Shown: piece after piece, positions 38,350 to 50,630 of the stretch
Layout of the letters: each line of letters begins with the position of its first letter
Numbering within the stretch: the stretch's first letter is position 1
Origin: Vermamoeba vermiformis
Taxonomy: Eukaryota
Direction: 5' to 3'
Length of the DNA: 64,000 bases
NCBI GenBank assembly: GCA_045837725.1
Contig: JBEWZL010000179.1
Coordinates: 496,001 to 560,000, forward strand
Notes under the pieces: model-generated
Told to the model about the DNA's origin: nothing
Database searches by the model: none
The model's input: only the letters and a program-made list of their open reading frames with translations
Position numbers and translations under genes: made by a program

Positions 38350-39291
38350 ATGTTTAATAATTTCAGATCAGGTTATGGCACCAGCAGCCTCTTCAGCGAC
38401 GAATTTCTTGCGGGTTTCTTTAGCCCACAATTCGATCCATTCATGAGACTACCATCCATGGTAAGCATATTCATATTTTCTAGTTTTTGGCGGCAATCTG
38501 GAGCTTCAGATCTATTACTGAAAAATTTTAAAATCGAAAATCAAATCAATAGAAATATTAATTGGTTCAATTTAGGACCCCTTTTTTAGTGGACATGCAC
38601 GAGTACCAAAGGCACAAATTATTTGCATTGAAGTTATTGAAGCAATGCCAGATTCGGGCTTGTCATTCGTTCGCCCTTCTATCGTAGAACCTGTCGAAGA
38701 ATCCGATGAAGAGTCGATTGAAGGTAAGCTTTATTAAGTACATTTATACTAGTATCGGAATTTATTAGATATTCAAAAAATCTATGGAAATTTGGATTCG
38801 TTTTGTTTTCATGAAGAAATTTTCTTGACACAAAGAAAACATCCTTAGAAATATCCTCCGACGAAGATGAAATGGACGTTACTAAAGAAGGAGAGGAAGA
38901 CCATTTGACCGTCCACGACATCACTGGACAAAATTTTGTCGTTAGTTATCCAGAGTCAAATTCTTATCTTGTGGATTCGGGCTACGCCAGTGACGAAGAA
39001 GATAACGACGAAGAAAACTCCCCAAGTAACAATAACAATAACTCGCCTAATGCCGAAATGTCCAACTCCGAGCAAAGCATGAGTGAGTCAGATTCGGATT
39101 CTCATCCGCATCGGTACAAGCACGAGCACGAAAAGATGAGAGACCAACCCAGACACCATATTAAACGAACCATGAAGGAAGAACGATATTTTGATGACTC
39201 AGCACGTCATAAGAAGAGATCTAAGACAGAAAAGTCAAGCAGTACGAGTACATCCGTCAAATGGGATTGGAATCAAAACAAATTCGTCTAA
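38350..39291 (+). CDS. Hypothetical acidic, disordered protein, 3 exons
   Basis: MFNNFRSGYG..FDPFMRLPSM|DPFFSGHARVP..EESIE|EISSDEDEMDV..KWDWNQNKFV*, with GT-AG introns at ~38461 and ~38724. Confidence 0.65.
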
Positions 39292-39395
39292 TATACTATT
39301 TAGCACTAAATAATACTTTTGTGGATTTTTGTTAATATGTACAAATGTGAATACGAATAAATAATGTTTAGTTTAAAATCATTTGATACAAGATC

Positions 39396-42300
39396 TCAAA
39401 TGATATTATTCTCGATAGCAAACTGTAGTACTAAATCGCTTACTCGAGAATATACAAAGGTTGGATAAATAAAATTAAATGAAATTTTGTACATCTGTGG
39501 ATCCGCTTTCCTCGGACCAACACTCATTCGTAGCTCCCTAGAAAAATCATCAATTAGCCTCATAAATATATTCCAGGTAATTTCTTACTTGAAGACTTTG
39601 TTCAAGAAGGTAAAATGAGGTGATAATTCTTCTATTTCCTTTTGTAGCAGTTTTATCGACGGTGTTCGCGGTGGTTCGTAACTAACGCGCTTGAAGAACG
39701 TAGCAAGCCACTGCATAACATTCGTCATAGGCTTGTCTTTGTGGATCTTTGCAGCCTCTTTCAAGGACCAGCTGACGTTATCTTCGACACGATTGACAGG
39801 CGTCAAACAGTTGGTGTGGTCACGCACGTGTGGATCGCAATCCAGAACGTATTTGACAGCACTCTATGAACCAGGAATAAGCTCCAGATAGTGTGATAGG
39901 TAGTACTTACGAAGAGCTCGTTTATGCGATAAAGTGCCTCGGGATCGTTGGCAATCAACTCGTTGATAAAGTCGCTCAAGAAGTGACACTCCGAATACAA
40001 AATCTTCGCTTGAGATTTGATAACAGCGTAAATTAACACCTAAAATCGCTATTAGTCTACCTCAATGAAACAATCATGGTACAAAATACTTACGGGGAAC
40101 TTGTCTTCAGCGCCCATAATAACTTTAGGCACGGCAGGCTCACCTTGTTTCTGCGCTGGCGCGCTCGGAGTTGTTCCGTCTTGCGTTTGATTGTAGAACT
40201 GATCGACGCACTTCAAAATAGCATTGTTGATCGCGAACAAAACTCTCAGCTTCTTCAACGGTGTTTGTTCCAGTGACAGCTGTCTAATGAATTGAATGAC
40301 TGGCTCGTACGGTTCTACCGGTGTTTCTTCACCTCGAGGCGTATTTGATTCTTCGGCAATAGCCTCAAGCTGGAGCTCCTGGGACAATGGTCTAAATGCC
40401 CAATTAATCATCTTTCTACGATTTTTTGGTCGTTTTAAACCGTACCTATTGCTTTCGGAAGAAATGAGAAGTTTCTTCTCTTGGGACTTTGGTGAAGTGG
40501 TGCCGCTGCCAGTCGGAGTCAGAGTCGTTGACAAACTTGTTGATCGGCCTCGTGTAACAACAGGGCTCTAATGGTGCCATAAATTAATCCAGCTATTAAA
40601 GAAAAATGTAACGTACATCTGATCGTGGACCCACGTCTGACTCTGAGAAGTCACCGTCTTCACGGTCATTTACGACACGCGGCGAAGCTTGTCTGTCGGA
40701 GTTTGAACCCGGCGGAACAACTGTGATCAGATTTTTCAACTTTTCCTTGTCCAAGGCTAAAGGACTGTTCTTAGTTGGTGTGCCAGGCTTTGGTGAATTA
40801 TCGTTGCTCTTGGCAGTGTTGTTCGTATTTTTCTACACACGTGTTAATAAGTTTCCTAATTAGGAAATAATCGTACGCTTACTCTCAACCAGTACTTAGG
40901 ATTGACACCTATGTCAGCTGGAGTAATATCCTTCAATTGTTCGTACTTGGCTGCCAACTGAATATCAAATGAGTGGTTCTAAAGTAGACGTTAGCATTGG
41001 ATCCGTGACAAGAAAATTGATTGCATTACCTTAGCTTTGTACAAGTGCATCAACGTGTCGTATATTTTGGGGAATAAAGTGTCTGTTAACAAAATATGCA
41101 ACTCGCTCTTGAATTTGTAATCGAGTTCGATGTTCAACGCTGTTGTCGTTACTTTCACCATGAATTCTAATTGACACGTGTCAATTACAGACCTCCGTAG
41201 AGTGACAGTATTAAAGCTAACTTACCAATAAAAGAATTGATGTCGTCAATCGCTGATGGCAACAACCACTCTCGTTTGTGGGCGGCACTAACGCTCTTGG
41301 TCTCTTCAGGCATGTAGTTCCAATTGAAAGTTTGCGCAAATTCATCCACTTGCTTATTGAAAGGGCTCCTAGTCTCGCTGCAAATAACAAAATTATTAAT
41401 TTCAGCGAAAGGTATTGTTATGGTTGATGGATCTGATCCACACGTACGTGAATAGTTTTGTGATTTCACTGAGAAAATTTGTCTCGTTCAAATTCAAGTG
41501 TTCGCCCGCTAAAGATAAATTATCCATGCGCGCTGAGCCATTCCACTTTGTGTATGAAGAATGATCGACTTTTTCTTCCTTTTGCGAGGACTCGTGTAGT
41601 CGTTGTGCCAGCAAGGCTCGCATGGATCTGAATTCGAAAACGTTAGGTTTTTCCTTATTAGGAAGGCAGGTAATATTGCTTACTTCGGGATCGTATCGAA
41701 TTTTCCTTTTTTGTAAGATGCACGAATGATTTGTTCTTCTCGCCATTCACCGGTAATAACGTCTCCGTTCACCAAATACATTGTGCCTATAAATAGACTC
41801 GTTAGTTGCCTTATATAGAAGGTCTCGCTACACACCTTTTCCGGCCTTAATATCGTTGTTGAACTCTCCTTCAAAGCACGTGCCGTCGTTGTAAATCAAG
41901 TACCCAAAACCGTTCTTTTTGCTTTGTCGCCAGCTACCATAATATTTATTGCCGCGAACTTCGATGTAAATTCCGTAACCTTCTTTCTATAAAAGGGAAA
42001 AAACGGGTCATTATGATGAGCATTTACATCGTATCAAATTTCTTACGTGATTATTTTTCCATTGACCGATAAATTTATCGCCGTTAGGATAGACCATTGA
42101 GCCCTAAAAATTCCTTATTAATCATTACTTTGCAAATATTTTTTCTATTTTTAGCACTCTTACTCTTCCATGGCGTTTAATATCTCGATATTGAACAATG
42201 TCGCTGCGAAGACTGGGTGGTACGCCTACTTGGCCCGAGTACTTTCCTTTTTTGGAATTTAAGGTGCCGTTCACTGAATATCCAGCATTAATATTGCAAA

Positions 42301-43017
42301 TATTTGCTATAATTAAACGGTCTTACGCGGAGCACCAGCCTTCCATTTGCCGTCAAAGTAGGATCCGTCAGCAAACGTATATTTGCCTTCTACTCGTTCT
42401 CCTCTATTATATTGTACGATTAAATATGTAATCTCAAATATATGGACTATTCGCTATTTGTTGAAGGGAGATCTTACTTGATCCATTTTCCGTCGAACCA
42501 ATCTCCATTAGAGTACGTGCAAATACCAAGACCGTCGCGCTTATCGTTCGACCATTGGCCCTAATAACGAATAATTATTTAATTATAATTTATCCGTGGT
42601 TTTTAAACCAGATCTGATCAGTCAAACGAATTTTCGAGCCTTACTTGATATTTTTCGCCAGTCGTTAAAGTTTCAGTTCCAAAGCCATCACGTAAATTAT
42701 CGGTCCACTGTCCTTCATAAATAACTCCATTTGCTTCAGTCAGTTTTCCAATTCCGTGCCGCTAATTAATTTAAAAAATTGAATTAATTTAGAACTGCAA
42801 AATGGTTGGCTTAGTATGCTATTATTGTTAAAAAGTAGAGAAATTAAATTATATAATATTTCGGCAATTAAGATTTTGTTTTTGATTCTTTTGCCTTCCA
42901 TTGCAAATATCGTCGTTAGCTTACTTTTTTATTAAATGCTTCGCCTTCATAAATATCACCATTAGGGTATTTGAATTTATCCACCATCTCCAGCTTCTTG
43001 CTGTCTCGAAACGCCAT
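39396..43017 (-). CDS. MORN-repeat plus VPS9-domain protein (alsin-like Rab5-family GEF), many exons
   Basis: About 10 MORN repeats (YPNGDIYEGE..RHGIG, YEGQWTDNLRDGFG, YYGSWRQSKKNGFG). VPS9 motifs TPLKKL..MGAEDKFP|VLIYAVIKS..EALY. Confidence 0.88.
41168..41187. repeat. Perfect 20-bp palindrome TAATTGACACGTGTCAATTA at the 3' end of an intron
   Basis: Read directly from line 41161; it is identical to its reverse complement. Confidence 0.9.
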
Positions 43018-43265
43018 GATCTCGTATTATTTTTTGATACAATTCGACTTCAGATCGCTTGGAGAAACTTAAATAACCAATATTATATACATAAGGCTAT
43101 AGTACTGCAGCCATTAGGTGGATATTTCACGGGATTTAATTGCAAAATGATCAAGCGGTTATTTTTTTTGGCTTCGAGAAACTTGTGATTTTCAGCTCAG
43201 AACTTTTCCATTTAAAAGTCACCGTCAAAGTGAAGTAACACAAGCGCGCCTATTGTATCTCCAAT

Positions 43266-45631
43266 ATGTCTACTTATTCGAATCCCGGATTTGGACGGGA
43301 TCAAGCGAACTTGCCGAGAGTAGACATTGATGCAGACGAAGTCGATGCCAATTTGTCGCATATATTGATGCTATATGTTGGTGGTACTATAGGTATGAAG
43401 AAGAATAAGGAGGGCGTGCTCAGACCTGCCAGGGGTTATTTGGCGGGCAGATTAGCCGGACTTCCTCAGTTCCACGATCCCACGCAACCGTTGCTCACCA
43501 CGCCTTTATCCCGATTTGGCAAACGAATTCATTACGAGATTCATGAATGGCATCAGCTCTTGGACTCCTCTAATAGTAAGATCCGATTACAGATCAAATT
43601 GTATTTTTACTCTGCCCTTATTTAATTTATTTTACCTTATTTATTGCATGCAGTCGAATTATATACTATTTACAATCAAAATATTGCATTTTAAAATTAA
43701 TGCAACGGAGGAAAAATTTTCTTTCGAATCCGATAAACTGGAATTGGATATTAACTGTGTAAATTACTATAATAGTGGGAATGGAAGATTGGATTCGTAT
43801 TGCGGAAGATATTGAGCGCAACTACAACTTCTACGACGCGTTTATTATACTTCATGGAACGGACACGATGGCTTACACGGCATCCGCTTTGTCCTTTATG
43901 TTAGAAAACCTTAGCAAACCTATTATCCTTACTGGCTCTCAAGTGCCTATTCTAGTAAGTCCTATAACGCCCATAGAATCCTTTCATTGGATCAGCTACG
44001 GCAAATCCAGTTCAATTTTCTCTGTAAATTGCTTCAGTGAAATTAATTTGTGTTTCTAAATTTAGGAAGAGCCTAATGACGCTGTGGATAACTTGCTTGG
44101 TGCTCTGACTATTGCAGGACATTACAATATTCCTGAAGTTTGCTTATATTTCAACAACAAGCTTATGCGCGGCAACAGAACCTCAAAAGTCGATGCTAGT
44201 GGTATGTATAGCCGCACGTTATCATATTGATCATATACTGATTCGTTACAGCGTTCAATGCGTTCAACAGCTCGAATTTTCCAAACTTAGTCAAATCCGG
44301 ATCAGAAATCAAGGTACGAGCAATTTCGAGTCTTAGATCCATTGCGTAATGCTAATTATTATACAAAGGTTGCATGGAACTTGATTCGCGATCCACCAAG
44401 CCCTACTAGCTCTTTGCTTGTACATAAAGAAATGAATCCGAATGTTGGAGTATTGAAACTCTTCCCTGGCATTACACAAGCTACTATTAAGAACTTTTTG
44501 CAAGAGCCCCTCGAAGGTAATACATATCTCGCACATCAATTCGATTTACTAAACTTTTTTTGGATCAGGTTGTGTAATGGAGACGTACGGATCTGGCAAC
44601 GCACCAGATAATCGCAAAGACTTCTTAGAAGTGTTAAAAGCTGCTACAGATCGAGGTCTAGTCATTGTAAATATCACTCAGTGCGGCAAAGGCACTGTTA
44701 AAGACTCGACTTATTCTACTGGCCAAGCTCTTGCCAATGCCGGCGTTATTAGCGGCTTTGATATGACTACTGAAGCAGCACTAGCTAAATTAAGGTAATA
44801 TATGTTACTATTTTAACAAATATCGTCAGTTGAGCTGATCTACGTAATTTTGCTGCATCCGCGTACTGACTTTGAATTTTCTTTTATAGTTTCTTGTTGA
44901 GCAAGAAAGACCTTACTAAGGAACAAGTGCGCAAACAAATGAAGAGGAACTTACGAGGAGAGCTTACAGAGCCTTCTGGTCCTACAAAATACTCGTTACG
45001 CGATCAAGTCTTTTTCCGTGCTGTCTCTTCAGCTCTTGAGCTTAGCACGCAAAAGACTCCCGAAATGAATGAAATTCGTAAGGCACTGTTGCCTATTCTC
45101 TTATGTGCCGCTGCTGGCGAGGTAAGGTAACATCGGAAAAGTACGTCGTTGTACTAAAGCTCGTTTAGGGAAATATACAGCAACTAAACGCACTAATACT
45201 AAATGGCGCTGATGTAAATGGATGCGATTACGAACTAAGGACACCGTTGCACGTTGCAGGTAAAAAAGATCCGCACTAGATCCGAAATTTCATCGTAACT
45301 TACGTATTTTCGCTTTGGTGCAGCTGCTTTTGGTCACGTAGAAGTCGTCAAGTTCTTAATAGACAGAGGCGCCAATGTCAATGTGATTGACCGACTTGGC
45401 AACACGCCGCTAAGTGAGGTACAAAACTTGAAGAACGAAGAGCTGATTGAGGTTCTAAAGAAGAATGGTGCGCGGGAAATTGATCTAAGTACCGTGCCCT
45501 TGCCCACTTCAGCTTCTACGGCGACTTTATTTGGAACGCCAAGATTGAATTCGTTCCTTGGCGTACCGTCGATCGGTGGTCCTGGATCAAGCCCACCTAG
45601 TAACGAAACAGTTGCGAATGGCATGGCTTAA
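43266..45631 (+). CDS. ASPG: Type I L-asparaginase/lysophospholipase with C-terminal ankyrin repeats
   Basis: [78 protein letters not shown], ankyrin [12 protein letters not shown]. Confidence 0.95.
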
Positions 45632-45936
45632 TGTAATTAGTATAAATGTACATCGCATTTTCTATCTTACTTTCAGTTCCAATTTCGGCTTCACTCCGGT
45701 TGAGTCTCGCTCTATGTCGGATCTGACAAAAAAATGGACTTTACGTCAATAAATCTCTTCGTCCATAGACGCACATAACGGGCAATTTATTAGACGTTCA
45801 ACCGGTACATTGCCAAATTGGGAGGGAAATTCGGGTGAATTTCGTTTAGATTTCAATGAACTATCGCAATGCAAGAATAAGTTCGATGACGTAATTCCAT
45901 TCAGTCTTTTTCAGCTTAATTACATTAGATAATACA

Positions 45937-47522
45937 ATGGGCAAAGATTATTACCAAATTCTCGGTGTGCAAAAGAGCGCAACCGAAGAGGAAATTAAAA
46001 AAGCGTATAAAAAGCTAGCTTTGAAGGTATGACCATTTTTCGGCTAGAAAAATATTATTTATGTTATTTGAACGTATAATTTGATTAGTATCAATTTATT
46101 GAAACGAGTATTGAAAATTTTTCGTGCAGTGGCATCCAGATCGTAACAGAGAAAACACAAAAGAAGCAGAAGCGAAATTTAAGGAGGTAAATAATTATAT
46201 TATAATAATTATTCACTTAAGAATTGTTTACTAAATATTATCAGATCGCTGAAGCTTATGAAGTTCTTGTGGACAAACAAAAACGAGAAATATATGACCA
46301 ATATGGAGAAGAAGGCTTAAAGGTAATTATAATAAATACACGGCATTTTTTTAAGCTCTGTGAATACTGCGTATTCAAAAATATTCATGAAAAAATTAAT
46401 GAAATTTTATTAACAGGCTGGATTTGGTGCTGGTGGCCCCGGTGGAGGTCCTGGTGGAGGTGTTCACTTTGGTGGCTTTAGTGACCCAAAATTTTCCAAG
46501 TAAGCATTCTCAAGCGCGATCCGGACAATTTGCTAGATCGGCCAATTCTTATCTCTCACGCACGTACTGACGCAACTTTCCAAATTAGGAAATGTTTGGA
46601 CGAGGAGGAGGAATGGGTGGCATGGGCGGCATGGGCGGCGTTCACTTTAATTTCCACGGCGATGACGATTTTGACGGATTTGGTGGAGGTGGATTCGGCG
46701 GCGGTTTTCCGGGCATGGGAGGTCGTGCTAGACAACGCAAAGCTAAGCCTATTAAGCGAGTATTCCAGTGCTCATTAGAAGAATTATACACTGGTACTAC
46801 AAAGAAATTGAAAGTCACCAAACAAGTCACAGTAAGTCAGTCGACCAAATCCACAAAAAACAAAAAAGAATTAATTATTAATTTTTAGCGATATTTTATT
46901 CTCTTATTAATAATAATTTTATAATAGGACGCACAAGGCCACACTTCTGAATCATCAAAAATTCTCACCATCGATGTCAAGCCCGGTTGGAAGGTACATT
47001 AATAATTAACAGTAATATTACGAGTTACATAACAATACTAACATTTTATTATGCCCGTAGGCTGGTACAAAATTGACGTTTGAAAATGAAGGTGACGAAG
47101 CACCAGGCATTATTCCAGCTGATTTGATCTTTGAACTCGAAGAAAAACCGCATCAGTACTACAAGCGCGAGGGCAACGATTTGATTTACCATTTGACGAT
47201 TAATTTATTACAAGTAAGTCTAGCAATGATATTATTAAGTACGAGTCGTCGGGCTAATCACGTGGGTTAGGCTTTGACAGGTGTCAAATTGACACTTCCC
47301 TCGCTGGATGGTCGTGACATTCGAGTTACAATTCGTGACGTCATTCACCCGAATTACACGCACGTGATCCCTGGCGAAGGCATGCCGTTGTCACGAAACC
47401 CTTCCCAAAAAGGAAATATGTTGATCAAGTTCACCATTCGGTTCCCAACTGATATGACTGACGCGCAACGAGAACAAGCCAAAAAACTGTTTGAAAATAC
47501 TAACTGGAGTCAGACCGCATGA
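45937..47522 (+). CDS. DnaJ/Hsp40 class B co-chaperone (Sis1/DNAJB1-like)
   Basis: [48 protein letters not shown]-rich linker, [24 protein letters not shown], no zinc finger. Confidence 0.95.
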
Positions 47523-47982
47523 ATGGCTGCGGTTAAGGCAGTGAAGAGATGGTTGAATAATAGGAACAATGTGCTTATGTTAGTTGTACTTATTATCAGC
47601 TTTGTCTTCATTTTTTTCCGTTAAAAATTTTGGTCGGTGATTTAGTAAATGTAAATTCAACACAAATTGGTAACGAGTCAGTGTCACCTCTGTCATATAT
47701 TCATTATTACGTGTTAAAGAATCGATTGATTACACAAACAACACAATGCGTACGTACTCGTTCGGAATTTACGCGTCACAAGCCAAATTCTTTTTGTCAA
47801 ACCCTAACCCTAAAGCAAACCACTTTTGAGAATCTACTTCCGTTAAAGTGCAATCTTTCAAGAGAGTATCGGTGCAGCGTGAATCATCCACTAGTAACAC
47901 TCTGAACAGTATTTTTATCTAGGTTTCGTGAAAATGACCAAAGTACTCTCATAGTGAATCGTCCAATTATAGCACAAATACA

Positions 47983-50429
47983 CTAAACCAATACGTTTAC
48001 AATAATGAAAGCAAGGCTGATGAACAACCCACGAACAATTACTGCATCTGACGTTTGCGTGGATGGGGTAGACGACAACGGACTTGATGGAGTGCCCGAA
48101 GCAGACGGTGCTTCACCGGAAGGAGGTACATCAGGCTGATAGATTTCGTCAACACTACAGTCAGGTTGATATGACATGACGTAGTTGGGTGGTGGAAGAT
48201 TCTCGCTGTTGTAAAGAACGGACAACGGCCATCCTGCATAGCCATTGCGATATTGAACCACTGATAGGCTAGTAGTACATCATTATGTTACTATAAGATA
48301 GTCAGATTATGATATAAAAGGACGTACTTGGTGGGTAAAGTGACACCACTCAACACGAGACTTTGTTTGTCAGCAGTCAAGCTGTATTGCGCCGGGTACC
48401 ATGCTGTGCCATTGAACACTTCCCACGCATAGCGGCATAATAAATCAGCTTGATTAGTGAAGCTAGGGCACGATACGTCTCGCAATTCGAGTCCCTAAAG
48501 TTCGAATGTCAGCAACATAATGCGTGTCACATGTCAAGATTTGTTTACGTACAGTTCCGATAGTACCACGGTAGAAATTGATGGTCAAAGTGTTTGCCGT
48601 TGTATCAGCAACAGTGCACTATAGCAGCATTAGCATTAAGGACGACACGTGGATGTGATTAGCCGTACCTTGGGCAAGGGACCAGAGAACACGACGTCAG
48701 TTTCGTTGTAGTACATCTTTCGTGTACATAAATGTGAGCGATAGCCAAGCGGTGCTTTAGTACGAGGGTGCTACGTAATAACGTTAAATATATAAGAAAT
48801 CATAGTTGATTCAAGTTGTGCTTACAGCATTGGTTGGATCGCCTTCATCACCAAGGTCAATGTTGGACACTGTGCACGAGTAACCAGCCTTCACACCACC
48901 TTGTCTTTGTTGCTCGCGTGTTATAGGCACCGGCTATTCAACTATTAGTACTAATAGAAGTGAAATAGTGATTTACTTACGAGGCCAGTAATGTTGCGAG
49001 GAGCGTATTGAATGACCATAAAAGCGAAATCTAAAGTCGATAGTTAGAACAGTAATCAGATCATTTATAGTAGTTTATATACCGTTTTGGAATCCCTTGC
49101 GATAATCGATTATCATTCTGCTCAACATGCATCTGTAACAGCATTAGAAAAAAGATTGATGAACTAGACTTGATCCGGTTTTACCCGTAGTCAGCCCTGC
49201 CAAGATTAGCCTCGCCTTGGTACCAGTACATCGCTACAAATTGCAAAGGATACAGCGGATATACCATAGTATTGAATATCGTTGAGGTCAGAGGGTTCGT
49301 CGCTGGACATTCTGAGTTGGATCCGACTGCAGTCGGACTCATAAACATACGGTATTGTATCTTCTAGTAATTCATAAACATCTCATAAACAGTTCAATAG
49401 CCATTCCTGCCCAAGGTCCGTTGACGAGACCGAGTGGGATTGAGTTGTTTTGCCAGTCAGACAAATGACGTCCGTTGAGCCAGCAAATAGCACTGAAACT
49501 CAATAACGTACTGGATGTAGGTATTTGCCAGAAACGATTGGTCATATTGAGAACCAGATTAGGCTCAGAAGGGACCTAAAATATTTTATTAGTATTGATA
49601 GTTATTATACATTAGACGAGAACTTACAAATGGAACGGGAGCAGCGATGTTCGGAATATTGAACAAACGGATGTGGGGATATAGAGGCGCAAGATTTGCC
49701 TCATCAGTACCGTTAAATATAGTATTAAGTCCATACTATCGAATAATTCGTTAGTAACGGTTGAATAGCGTCCGGATCTAGCTCAAAACTTTACGTACAG
49801 CCATGTTGGACTGACCGCTGCAATAAAATACATCGCCGAAGAGTACGTTGGTAAATGTAACATTCTGCGTGCCACTCGTTACTTGGAGGACATATGGACC
49901 ACCTATTTGATCAAAATGTGAGCGAGAACGAACATGTCAAACATGTCATATTAGATTTGATTTACCTGCTGGAGTCGGATCTAGCGAAATCATCCACCTA
50001 ATAGTAGTGCGGTTAATACTGTCTCGTTTATTAACAACTAAAAGAATACTCACTTTCCGTCGGAACCAGCGGTCGCGCTTTTTGATGCTGGTACGGGACC
50101 GTTTAGCTTTAAATTTACGCTTTGTCCCGCAGTAGCCCATCCCCAAATATTCGCACTGCATATTAATATTAAAATTAGGATTTGTTTTGGCAAGGTAATG
50201 AAGATCTTGAAATTTTGCTCGATAAATGACATACCGCAGAGGCTCGCGTTGCAAAACCATGTTAGAGCTGAATACATTCGATACCAAAGTAAGAGCTATA
50301 TGCGAAAAGAATTAGCCCACGTAAGGAAATGAGATCTTGATCAGGCTTACGTAATGACGATTGCGCCAGTACCACGCCGATCAAGCAGACAACCAGAAGT
50401 ACTTCTCTAGAAATATTAACAGCCACCAT
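47983..50429 (-). CDS. SIAE: Secreted, membrane- or GPI-anchored sialate O-acetylesterase (SASA/SGNH), many exons
   Basis: Signal peptide; FSSNMVLQR; IWGW; AGGPY; FGDVFYCSGQSNM; FSAICW; WYQGEAN; HPRTK; S/T/P linker and a hydrophobic C-terminus. Confidence 0.88.
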
Positions 50430-50630
50430 GTTTCGTTGCACGTACGAAATAAAAAAATGAACGCAATTGAAAATCTTTACCGACGTCTTGCGGTCTGTGA
50501 TTCATAAACGTATTTGTGCGCAGCGCGAGGAAGAAATTTCCTTTAATAATAAATTTATTCTAATACAACTAAATAAAAAATGGCTAGTAAGTCAAACGTA
50601 CTGCATCTGAAGCGAGACGTAAAATTATGT

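Noticed and set aside
38350-39291. Small heat-shock protein (DPF-rich N-terminus)
   Set aside because: No alpha-crystallin domain follows; the remainder is acidic and disordered.
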